From assembly GCF_001457595.1 (NCBI RefSeq), contig NZ_LN831039.1, positions 240,001-272,000 of the forward strand: a stretch of 32,000 bases of DNA, in the 5' to 3' direction. Below the pieces are notes generated by a model. That model saw nothing but the letters and a program-made list of their open reading frames with translations. It had not been told where the DNA came from and did no database searches. Source of the stretch: Mycolicibacterium smegmatis (GTDB lineage Bacteria; Actinomycetota; Actinomycetes; Mycobacteriales; Mycobacteriaceae). Both the position numbers and the translations under genes were made by a program. This document shows positions 1 to 7,734 of the stretch, piece after piece. Positions within the stretch are counted from its first letter, which is position 1. Every line of letters begins with the position of its first letter.

Positions 1-2343
1 ATCCCCGACATCACCGGTGGGTTGGGCGCCGCGGGATACGACCTGGCTCAGGCGATCGGTGCGCAGGTCATGACGTCGCTGATGGAGAGCATCAGCCTCG
101 CAGCACTCGCCCAGGCGGCCGGCATCGATCCGCAGAGCATCGCCACCGGCCTGCTCAACGAAGCGATCGGCAGTGTGCTCGGCGGCACGCTCGATCAGCT
201 TCCGATCGATCTCACGGGTGTGCTGCAGCCGCTGTTGGCGCAGGTGCTGACGCCGCTGGTGAGTGAAATTCTCGGTGAATTGCCGATCGGTGGTGCTCTC
301 GGAGATGCACTGATCGGGGTCGTGGCCGGCCTCGTGGTGTCCACGTTGGCTTTGGAGCTCTCTGACCTCGGAGCGATCGACAACGTCGGTGCGCTGCTGG
401 CGGCGCTCGGCCTCGATCTCTCCAATCCCCTCAACCTCTCCGGTGATCCGATCCCGGGCTTGAACCTCGTGACGACCGGATCACCCTTCACCTTCCTCAA
501 GCTCTTCGGCGTAGACCTTGGATGGGTGCCGCCGTTCCCCAACCCCGTGGCCGAGGACATCAACAACACCGAGTACCTGAAGGTCGGGTTGGCGGGCCTG
601 CTGGAGAACCTCGGGATCGAACTCGATCCGATCGACCTCGACATCCTCGATCTCAACCTGCTGGGTGTCGACCTCGGCGAGCTCGGAGATCTGCTCGGTA
701 TCGACCTCGGCCCGGTTGGTGGTCTTCTCGGCGGTCTACTCGGCAGTGTCGGGGTCGACCTCGACGCACTCGGCCTGGGAACCCTGGACCCCAACGAGAT
801 TCTCAACCTGCTGCCCGATGTGGTCGCGCTCCGGATTCCGATCGTCGTCGGATTCCAGCTGGGCGCGTTCGCGGCGGGCGCGGCGTACCAGCAGGTGGTC
901 GATGACCTGCCGAACCAGCCCGGCGGCGCCAACTACCAGGGCACCAATCCGCTCCTCGGCAGCTTCACGATCCTGCCGATGGTGCTGATCGACAACCCCG
1001 GTCGTGCCAATGGCGGCTTGTTCGCACGCGCCTACCCGTTGTTCCGGCTCATGGGAATCGACACCGTCACGCCCGACACCCAGGTGCAGAGCAGCACAAG
1101 CGGAGATTCGCTCCTCAACAACATCCAGCTTCTGGGTCTGACCGTGGGCGGCGCGAACCTGATCCCCATCAAGGTCGACGCGACGGCCGAGTATCTGCCG
1201 CTGTCGGACTTCGCCGCGTGGCCCAACCCGTTCACGATGACGAACAACGTTGCCGCAGCGCTGTTCCCGACGTACATGCTGCGCAACCAGAGCATCCCGG
1301 GTGTCGTCACCGATCTGACCGGGAAGGTCGTCGGCCAGCTTCTCGGCGACCTCACCGATTACCTGGCCGATCCCGGTGACGACCCGACCAAGGGGCCCGA
1401 GCTCAACATCTACTACACCCTCGATGCCAAGAGCCTGCCGTTGCTTGAGCCGACGTACCTGGCCGTCGACGTGATCAATCTGTTCACCGGCTTGAACCTC
1501 AACAATCCGATCGGCACGGCCCTGTCGCCGGCGCTCACCACGCTGGTGAATCTCGGCTACACCGACGTCAGCCGGGACGAGACTGCCGCCGGTGTCGAAT
1601 ACGTCCGCGATTTCGATGATTCCGACATCCCGACCGCTTTCGGATCGTTCCCCGACGTCGAGTGGGCCAAGGTGCCCGGCGATGTGGTGACCCAGCTCGT
1701 GCGCGGTGTGCAGAAGGCGGTCGGCGACGGCCTGGTCAACCAGAGCCCGGTGCCCAGCCCCCTCACCACACTTCTCGGTCTGCTCGGACTGGGGAACGCG
1801 CTGCCGTCGGGCGGATCGGTGCTGAACCTGCCCGACCTCAACGGCCTGCTGCCGACTGCGGGCACCACCAATGCCGCTGCGCGACAATCGGAGCCGAACA
1901 CCAAGTTCGAACCGCAGGCCATCACCGAGACGAAGGCCACCGACCCGGATACCACGGTCCTGAATCTCCCGTCACCGCAAGAGAAGACGGCGGTACCCGA
2001 GTCCACGAAGAAGGTCGGTGGCGAGGTCAAGAAGGTCGTTGCCGACATCGACGAGGCGCGCGCGGAGATCGAGGCCAAGGTGAAGAAGGCCAACGAGCGG
2101 GCGAAGGCGTCGGCGGAGAAGGCGCGCGAGCGTACGCAGAAGGCCGTCAAGGATGCCCAGGACCGGGTGAACAAGATTGCCGACAACGGTCGCAAGCAGA
2201 TCAAGGCCGTCGCCGATGGTGTCGAGAAAGCGGTGAAAGACACCAAGCAAGCCGTGAAGAAGGCCACCGCCAAACCGACCAAGAAGACCCAGGCCGGCAG
2301 CCAGAACAACGACAACGACAAGAAGGACAAAGACGCCGCTTAG
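1..2343 (+). CDS. Large acidic Gly/Leu/Asp/Pro-rich envelope or secreted-type protein with a Lys-rich C-terminal tail; 5' end truncated by the window edge
   Basis: The frame is open from nt 1 (IPDITGG precedes the track's TTG at 22), so the real start lies upstream of the window. Stop is TAG at 2341-2343. It is a long uninterrupted ORF with mostly G/C third positions. Degenerate LGxDL repeats occupy nt 589-789. The last ~100 aa are Lys/Ala/Val-rich and near-identical to the tail of the next gene. I recognise no family for the N-terminal part. Confidence 0.6.
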   Translation: MPDITGGLGAAGYDLAQAIGAQVMTSLMESISLAALAQAAGIDPQSIATGLLNEAIGSVLGGTLDQLPIDLTGVLQPLLAQVLTPLVSEILGELPIGGALGDALIGVVAGLVVSTLALELSDLGAIDNVGALLAALGLDLSNPLNLSGDPIPGLNLVTTGSPFTFLKLFGVDLGWVPPFPNPVAEDINNTEYLKVGLAGLLENLGIELDPIDLDILDLNLLGVDLGELGDLLGIDLGPVGGLLGGLLGSVGVDLDALGLGTLDPNEILNLLPDVVALRIPIVVGFQLGAFAAGAAYQQVVDDLPNQPGGANYQGTNPLLGSFTILPMVLIDNPGRANGGLFARAYPLFRLMGIDTVTPDTQVQSSTSGDSLLNNIQLLGLTVGGANLIPIKVDATAEYLPLSDFAAWPNPFTMTNNVAAALFPTYMLRNQSIPGVVTDLTGKVVGQLLGDLTDYLADPGDDPTKGPELNIYYTLDAKSLPLLEPTYLAVDVINLFTGLNLNNPIGTALSPALTTLVNLGYTDVSRDETAAGVEYVRDFDDSDIPTAFGSFPDVEWAKVPGDVVTQLVRGVQKAVGDGLVNQSPVPSPLTTLLGLLGLGNALPSGGSVLNLPDLNGLLPTAGTTNAAARQSEPNTKFEPQAITETKATDPDTTVLNLPSPQEKTAVPESTKKVGGEVKKVVADIDEARAEIEAKVKKANERAKASAEKARERTQKAVKDAQDRVNKIADNGRKQIKAVADGVEKAVKDTKQAVKKATAKPTKKTQAGSQNNDNDKKDKDAA

Positions 2344-2422
2344 GCGCTCATAACCCCCCCGCCGAAACGGCATTCCAGCAGGAAAAGTCCGAGGACACGC
2401 CCTGCTGGAATGCCGTTTCGGC
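2101..2422 (+). repeat. Copy A of a dispersed direct repeat: Lys-rich tail coding module plus terminator hairpin
   Basis: nt 2101-2422 aligns by eye with 4391-4690 (e.g. cgaaggcgtcggcg.agaag ... cccaggaccgggtgaacaag ... cgcaagcag.tcaaggccgtc ... gccgtgaagaaggc ... aagaagacccag). The similarity continues through the stop codon into the hairpin arms. Confidence 0.7.
2361..2422 (+). terminator. Intrinsic-terminator-like hairpin with a perfect 22-bp stem
   Basis: GCCGAAACGGCATTCCAGCAGG (2361-2382) pairs with CCTGCTGGAATGCCGTTTCGGC (2401-2422) around an 18-nt loop. It begins 18 nt after the stop codon. There is no clear U-tract, which is common in mycobacteria. Confidence 0.6.
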
Positions 2423-2508
2423 GTTTGCGGGGCACGACGTCTGCCGTCGCGTCGATTGCAAGAGCAAACATCTTCGGCAAAGTCAATAAAGTTGTCTGAA
2501 AAATTGTG

Positions 2509-2536
2509 GTGATCTAGATCACGCTGGTGCTACGTT
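2509..2536 (+). promoter_or_regulatory. Perfect 14-bp palindrome overlapping a candidate extended -10 promoter for the downstream gene
   Basis: GTGATCTAGATCAC (2509-2522) sits in an unusually AT-rich stretch (about 2440-2520). TGCTACGTT (2528-2536) fits TGnTANNNT. The palindrome covers the expected -35 position. The GTG start is at 2576. Confidence 0.3.
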
Positions 2537-2575
2537 CCTGAGAGCAACCTGAGGGTTTCTCTGAAAGGACTGGCA

Positions 2576-4621
2576 GTGGCTACAAAACGATCCAGCCGCA
2601 AGGCGCGTGCAAAGAAGGCGGCGACGCTCAGCGCCGCTGCGATGACGGCCACAGCCCTGACTGCGGGCGTCGCTCCGATCGCGGAAGCAAACTCCGCCGT
2701 CGTCAGTCGCGAGGTCGCGCTGACGGCCGGTCCGAACTACACGCAGCTCATCACCGACTCGTCGAACAGCCTGAACAACGTCCTGTTCGCAGGGGGGAAC
2801 TTCGGCGGTGCAGCGGCCGGGCTGTGGAACCCGTTGGCCGCGGCATTTCCTGGCGGGGTGCTCCCGACCTTCTACTCGGGGACCGGACAAGAGGATCTGT
2901 CCTCCGTCGACGGATTCGTTGACGCCTTGAACGCTCTCACCGGTGTGTTCGGGGATCTGAATCTCGACGCGGTCCCCGGTCTGCCGGACGGCGCGTCGAC
3001 GGCGGTGCTAGCCGGACTGCTCCCGGGCCTGGCCCCCGCGGCCCTGGTGTTCGCGCTCGCCAACGCGCCGCTGTTGCCGGTGACGGGCATCGAGGTGTTG
3101 CTGTCCGGGCTCAGCGGCATTCGAGGTGTGACCGGGGTTCCGTCGATCGACGAGCTGATCGAGGGGTTGTCGGTGACGCAGACGACCTACTCCTCCGGGT
3201 TCGACTGGCCGATACTCGGGGGCAGTGGGAACACCACGGTGAGCAACCTGTTCGCCCAGTTGCCTGAGCAGTCCTTCGGTGACATCATCGCCGCGATCCA
3301 GGGTGAAGTGGACGTTCCGAACAATGCCCTCACCAAATTGTTTGTCGCCGGCTTGTTTGCGACAGTCAACGCCGCTCTCGGTGGCGTCGAAACCCCGTCT
3401 GTCACCGCTTGGCTGCCAAGCGGTTCCGGGAACTATTCACTTCTCGGCGGGTCATACGGCTGGTTGGCCGCGATGCCGACGCTGGTGGTCGGGCCCGTCG
3501 ATCTGGGCGCCATCGGTGAGTCGGGCACCGAGACCGTTGTGGCGATCCCGATCTTCGCGCAGGGACTCACACTGCCGATGGGGCTGGCGTCGATGGCGAT
3601 GGTGACCTCGCCCGGAGCGCTGTTCCCCACCGCGACCGGCGTGTCGACGCTCGGGGGCACAACCGTGCAGTCGTTCGGAATCCCGCTGCTGGGAATCGAT
3701 TTCAGTGTGACGAACCTGCTGCAGTCGACCTATGTCGGAACCAACGGGTTCAACGTCAACAGTGGCACCACGATAGCGGCGCTCACCACGCCGTTCGGCA
3801 CGCTGCCGATCGTATTCTCGCTCGGCGGCCTCAACGCCGGCAGCACGGGCTTCGGCTTCACATTGCCGTCGCTGTTCACCGTCGGGGTCGCGCCGTCGTT
3901 CCAGGTGGGCACCGCGCCGAATCAACAGTCGCCCGATGGCGTGATACCGGCAAGCGTGCTCAACCTCGGCCTCGAATTGCCCACGCAAACCACCGATGTC
4001 GCAAGCCTTCTCGGGCTTCCCGACGTCGGTGGTGCGGTGTCGAACGTCCTCACACCGGTGTTCAACGTGACCATCGCCCCGATCGGTGAGACGTTCACCG
4101 AGGCGCTCAACGAGCAGGCCGGCCCTCTGGTGAACGATTTCGTGAGCACGGTCGAACAACTGACCGCCGCCATTGCCGATCTGTCCGAGCAACTACCCGA
4201 AGCGGGCACGCCACCGGCCGTCGAGCAAGAGCAGAACAACATGCTGGCGGCGAAGACCGGCGACCCGGCACCTCCGAAGATCGAAGGCACTGAGGCGAAA
4301 TCGTCCGAGGGGGGTGTCACCGAGGTCGCGGCGAACACGGAGGAAACTCAGGCGGTTCTCGAGACCGGCGCGAAGAAGCCCGACGACAGTACGAAGGCGT
4401 CGGCGAAGAAGATGCGTCAGGGCACACAGCAGGCGGTCAAGAAAGCCCAGGACCGGGTGAACAAGGTCGCCGAGAATGGCCGCAAGCAGGTCAAGGCCGT
4501 CACCGACGGGGTCAAGAAAGCCGTGAAGGACACCCGCGATGCAGTGAAGAAGGCGATCAGCAAGCCGGCCAAGAAGACCCAGAGCACCGGCACCGACAAC
4601 GACAACAAGGATTCCGAGTAG
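2576..4621 (+). CDS. Exported Gly/Leu/Thr/Val-rich, nearly charge-free protein with a Lys-rich C-terminal tail (paralogous tail to the upstream gene)
   Basis: GTG at 2576 with AAAGGAC about 6 nt upstream. The N-terminus MATKRSSRKARAKKAATLSAAAMTATALTAGVAPIAEA|NS looks like a Sec signal peptide. About 520 aa follow with almost no Lys/Arg, then a Pro/Glu/Thr linker. The tail reads ...QQAVKKAQDRVNKVAENGRKQVKAVTDGVKKAVKDTRDAVKKAISKPAKKTQ. Stop is TAG at 4619-4621. Confidence 0.75.
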   Translation: MATKRSSRKARAKKAATLSAAAMTATALTAGVAPIAEANSAVVSREVALTAGPNYTQLITDSSNSLNNVLFAGGNFGGAAAGLWNPLAAAFPGGVLPTFYSGTGQEDLSSVDGFVDALNALTGVFGDLNLDAVPGLPDGASTAVLAGLLPGLAPAALVFALANAPLLPVTGIEVLLSGLSGIRGVTGVPSIDELIEGLSVTQTTYSSGFDWPILGGSGNTTVSNLFAQLPEQSFGDIIAAIQGEVDVPNNALTKLFVAGLFATVNAALGGVETPSVTAWLPSGSGNYSLLGGSYGWLAAMPTLVVGPVDLGAIGESGTETVVAIPIFAQGLTLPMGLASMAMVTSPGALFPTATGVSTLGGTTVQSFGIPLLGIDFSVTNLLQSTYVGTNGFNVNSGTTIAALTTPFGTLPIVFSLGGLNAGSTGFGFTLPSLFTVGVAPSFQVGTAPNQQSPDGVIPASVLNLGLELPTQTTDVASLLGLPDVGGAVSNVLTPVFNVTIAPIGETFTEALNEQAGPLVNDFVSTVEQLTAAIADLSEQLPEAGTPPAVEQEQNNMLAAKTGDPAPPKIEGTEAKSSEGGVTEVAANTEETQAVLETGAKKPDDSTKASAKKMRQGTQQAVKKAQDRVNKVAENGRKQVKAVTDGVKKAVKDTRDAVKKAISKPAKKTQSTGTDNDNKDSE

Positions 4622-4690
4622 TCACACGGTTTCCGAAACGACATTCCAGCAGGGAAGGTGCGAGTGCACCCCTGCTGGAATGTCGTTTCG
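4391..4690 (+). repeat. Copy B of the dispersed direct repeat (tail module plus hairpin)
   Basis: See copy A at 2101-2422. Confidence 0.7.
4634..4690. terminator. Bidirectional terminator-like hairpin with a 21-bp stem, between convergent genes
   Basis: CGAAACGACATTCCAGCAGGG (4634-4654) pairs with CCCTGCTGGAATGTCGTTTCG (4670-4690) around a 15-nt loop. The arm sequence is almost the same as the 2361-2422 hairpin. Confidence 0.6.
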
Positions 4691-4709
4691 CCCATGGGGA
4701 AGCCGGCAT

Positions 4710-5033
4710 TCAGACCTGGTGCACGGATTCCACGGTGTACTGGTGCGGGTCGAAGCTCACCGCGACCTGCGCACACTTACCCATGTGTTCGCGCGCGGCG
4801 GGGTCGTCGAGCATGGCCTTGTACGCCTCGACGCTCTGCCATTGGGCGTAATTGGCGACACGGGTTCCGTCGGCGCTCAGGTGGATGTTGGCCGAGATGA
4901 ACCCGGGCACGTGGCGCATCACCTCGTCGGTGGCTCGGCTCAACAATTCGACCAACTCGCGTGAGCGATGGGGTTCGACGGTGAACACGTTGATGAGCGT
5001 GGCGATCGGGGAGTGCTGCTGGATGATCGTCAT
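4710..5033 (-). CDS. Antibiotic-biosynthesis-monooxygenase (ABM, ActVA-Orf6-like) domain protein
   Basis: The 107-aa product has the ABM ferredoxin-like pattern (ATLINVFTVEP...FISANIHLSADGTRVANYAQWQSVEAYKAM). ATG is at 5033 with GGAGA 5 nt upstream. Confidence 0.8.
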   Translation of the reverse strand: MTIIQQHSPIATLINVFTVEPHRSRELVELLSRATDEVMRHVPGFISANIHLSADGTRVANYAQWQSVEAYKAMLDDPAAREHMGKCAQVAVSFDPHQYTVESVHQV

Positions 5034-5053
5034 GATGTCTCCGATGTCAGGTT

Positions 5054-5086
5054 CCTTACATGGGAGAATGTAGCAGCATGTAAGGT
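5054..5086. promoter_or_regulatory. Inverted repeat CCTTACATG-N15-CATGTAAGG, candidate MarR operator in a 60-bp divergent intergenic region
   Basis: Perfect 9-bp arms lie at 5054-5062 and 5078-5086. The right arm contains TAAGGT (5081-5086, TANNNT) 7 nt before the MarR ATG at 5094. Confidence 0.4.
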
Positions 5087-5093
5087 TCCTGTC

Positions 5094-5534
5094 ATGTCAA
5101 CCGTCGACGTCGAATCCGGCCCCGGTTATCTGGTCAAGCGCGTGCAGCAGGCGCTGCGACGCCGGTGCGATACGGAACTGCGAACCATCGGGCTGTCCAT
5201 GGCCCAATATGCGGTGCTGCGGGCCCTGGCCGACCATCCGACCGCGTCGGCATCCGAGCTGGCGCGGCTGTGCTTCGTGACGCGGCAATCACTGCAGGAC
5301 GTCTTGAGAGGGTTGCGAAACGGCGGACTCGTCGAGAATGCCGACGGCCCGCAGGTCGGCCGCGCCCGCGCGCTGCACCTGACCGCGGTCGGCACGAAGC
5401 TGCTCGACGAGGCGCACGCGATCGTGATCGACGTCGAGAACCAGATGGTCGGCGGTCTCTCCGCGTCGGCACAGAAGCAGCTGGCGCAGTCACTCCTGCG
5501 TTGCGCCGAGAACCTTGAAGCGGAGATCAGTTGA
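5094..5534 (+). CDS. MarR-family transcriptional regulator
   Basis: The track ORF starts at 4968 but overlaps the ABM gene. The MarR-like sequence begins at ATG 5094 (MSTVDVESGPGYLVKRVQQALRRRCDTELRTIGLSMAQYAVLRALADHP..., a winged-HTH pattern). Confidence 0.85.
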   Translation: MSTVDVESGPGYLVKRVQQALRRRCDTELRTIGLSMAQYAVLRALADHPTASASELARLCFVTRQSLQDVLRGLRNGGLVENADGPQVGRARALHLTAVGTKLLDEAHAIVIDVENQMVGGLSASAQKQLAQSLLRCAENLEAEIS

Positions 5535-7671
5535 GGGCCAGCGCACTGCGGGTCAGCTCGGCGAGCACGGGCGACATCAGCTGTGCGTACTCGGCGGTGA
5601 TGTGGTTGTCGTCGCGGAACACCAGTGTGTTTCCGATGATGACGGGACAGCGCTGGTCGGTGCAGAAGTACTCGCCGAGGTCGGCATACTGCCCACCGCC
5701 TGCCCGCACAGCGGCGGCCTCGGCGGCAATGCCGTCGTGGTTCATCGCGATCGACCGCTCAGGCGCGCACGCCAGGGCGTCGTCCATGTGCCCGGAGACG
5801 CACGTGGGGACCGTTGCGTGCGGATCGGGCACCGGACCGAGCACCAGCACCCGCGCGCCGGTTCCGCGCAACTGTCCGACGAGCCGCGTCAGCCCGTCGA
5901 GCCAGGCCTGGTCGTAACTGACGAAGCCGAAGTCGGCGCCATAGCGGCGCACCATGTCGAGCACGATCAGCGCGGGGCGTTCACGTTCGATGCGCTCGAG
6001 CACGGTGGCACGCCACTGTTTGCACTCGGTGAACTCCCGGCCCAGGTACGGGCTGACGATCGGCAGTTTCATCAGCGGGCAGGTCACCTTCGACATGGTC
6101 TCCAGTCGCCAACCCTGCTGCCGGGCCACCGGTTCGAGCGCGGGTTGCCACATCGCCGCGTGCGAGTCCCCGATGAGTGCCACCGTGGTCGTCGAATCGG
6201 AGACGCCGGAGGCGCATTCGGGCTGCACCACGTCGTCCCACGACAGCACGCACCCGTTGACGAACATGTCGGGCTTGGTGATGTCGTCGAGGCGCGGTGT
6301 CAGGTTCGACGGCACGGCGTGCGGGTGCACCGACTGCGCGACGGCGTCGCGCAACTGCTCAGAAGGGGTCGGCGCGCGCGGGGTGGGGGGATCGACGATC
6401 GCCGCGGCGGGGACGGCCGCACCGGTCCCGGTGGGCACGGGCCGAATGGCGAGGAGCGCCAAGCCGGCGCACACAGCGATACCCGTCGCGGTGGCGCCGA
6501 CAGCCAGGCTGCGCCATGTCGATGACCGCAGCGCCGCGGCGAACCGGGCCGGGTTCTCGACGAGATGAAGGGTCAGGATCGCCAGACCGAGCGACATGAC
6601 GACCATCGCCAACCGCCCGGCCAGGCTCAGGTCGGCGCCGATCAGCACAGGCGCCAGCAGCAGCGCGGGCCAGTGCCACAGATACCACGAGTACGACACT
6701 CGTCCGATGGCCCGCAGCACGGGCTTGGACAGCAGGCGCCCGACGCCCAGATCCGGTGTCGCGCAGCCTGCCCCGATCACCAGCGCGGTGCCCAGCACCG
6801 GCAACAGCGCCGCCGTGCCCGGATACGGGGTCGCCGCACCGATCTGGTTGCAGGTCGCCAGGATCAGTGCGAGGCCGCCCCAGCCGACGACCGCGGCGCA
6901 CACCGGCGGAAGCCTGCGCCACTGCGTGGCGGTCAACGCCACGAGACCGCCGATGGCCAACTCCCACGCGCGCGTCGGCAACGAGAAGAACGCCCACGCC
7001 GGCAGCGTTCGCGTCCACAGCACGCACAGCGCCAGCGAGCCGCCCGCCAGCACCGCGAGCACCACGAAATAGGGGAGCGACGCGGTGCCGCGTCCACCGC
7101 CGGCTGATCGGCGCCGCAACCACCAGGCCACGCCGAGGATGAGCGCGGGCCACACCAGATAGAACTGCTCCTCGACCCCCAGCGACCAGTAGTGCTGCAG
7201 CGGCGAAGGTGCGGTGTCGGCCAGGTAGTCGGTGCCTTCGATGGCGAAGCGGTAGTTGCCCAGGTAGAGCGCGGCGGCGACGGTGTCACCCAGCACGTTT
7301 CGCGCCTGCAGAGGTGGCAGCAGCACAGCGGCTGCAACCGACGTCGCCACCAGCACCACCGCGGCGGCCGGAAGCAGTCGCCGGGCACGTGCCGCGTAGA
7401 AGGACGCCAGACCGACCGTGCCGGTGCGGGCCACCTCACGGACCAGCAGGCCGGTGATCAGGAAGCCGGACACCACGAAGAACACGTCGACGCCGACGAA
7501 GCCGCCGCGCAGTCCCGGCACGCCGGCGTGATAGAGCACCACGGTGAGGATTGCGACCGCGCGCAGACCTTCGATGTCGGGGCGGAACTGCGTGGCGGAC
7601 AGAATCTTCCGTCCGCTCGCGGGCTTGTCGCGTCGGGTCCGGCCTTTCGAAGATGCGGTCACTCTGTTCAC
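5527..7671 (-). CDS. Acyltransferase family 3 (OafA-like) membrane protein with a C-terminal SGNH/GDSL domain
   Basis: FRPDIEGLRAVAILTVVLYHAGVPGLRGGFVGVDVFFVVSGFLITG is a typical acyltransferase_3 N-terminus. Multiple hydrophobic segments follow, then VALIGDSHAAMW ... FRDDNHIT (SGNH blocks). In-frame GTGs at 7671 and 7662 are the plausible starts. The track extension to 8118 was rejected. The 3' end overlaps the MarR gene by 8 nt (convergent). Confidence 0.85.
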   Translation of the reverse strand: MNRVTASSKGRTRRDKPASGRKILSATQFRPDIEGLRAVAILTVVLYHAGVPGLRGGFVGVDVFFVVSGFLITGLLVREVARTGTVGLASFYAARARRLLPAAAVVLVATSVAAAVLLPPLQARNVLGDTVAAALYLGNYRFAIEGTDYLADTAPSPLQHYWSLGVEEQFYLVWPALILGVAWWLRRRSAGGGRGTASLPYFVVLAVLAGGSLALCVLWTRTLPAWAFFSLPTRAWELAIGGLVALTATQWRRLPPVCAAVVGWGGLALILATCNQIGAATPYPGTAALLPVLGTALVIGAGCATPDLGVGRLLSKPVLRAIGRVSYSWYLWHWPALLLAPVLIGADLSLAGRLAMVVMSLGLAILTLHLVENPARFAAALRSSTWRSLAVGATATGIAVCAGLALLAIRPVPTGTGAAVPAAAIVDPPTPRAPTPSEQLRDAVAQSVHPHAVPSNLTPRLDDITKPDMFVNGCVLSWDDVVQPECASGVSDSTTTVALIGDSHAAMWQPALEPVARQQGWRLETMSKVTCPLMKLPIVSPYLGREFTECKQWRATVLERIERERPALIVLDMVRRYGADFGFVSYDQAWLDGLTRLVGQLRGTGARVLVLGPVPDPHATVPTCVSGHMDDALACAPERSIAMNHDGIAAEAAAVRAGGGQYADLGEYFCTDQRCPVIIGNTLVFRDDNHITAEYAQLMSPVLAELTRSALALN

Positions 7672-7734
7672 TCGAGTAACGATCGTCCCACGAGAACCTG
7701 CGGTTACCGGGGATTTGTTGCTAGCGTCGTGCCG

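Noticed and set aside
736-1887. A 383-aa minus-strand ORF, plus several 100-275-aa ORFs in other frames, overlapping the first large gene.
   Set aside because: They are antisense or alternate-frame ORFs of the kind that arise in GC-rich DNA. Their translations are Arg/Gly/His/Asp-rich with no recognisable motifs, and the plus-strand frame has a paralogue-supported product.
5515-7153. Plus- and minus-strand ORFs of 100-336 aa inside the acyltransferase gene (e.g. 5515-6525 +, 6359-7153 -).
   Set aside because: They fully overlap a gene with clear acyltransferase_3 and SGNH motifs. Their products are Arg/Pro-rich low-complexity sequences.
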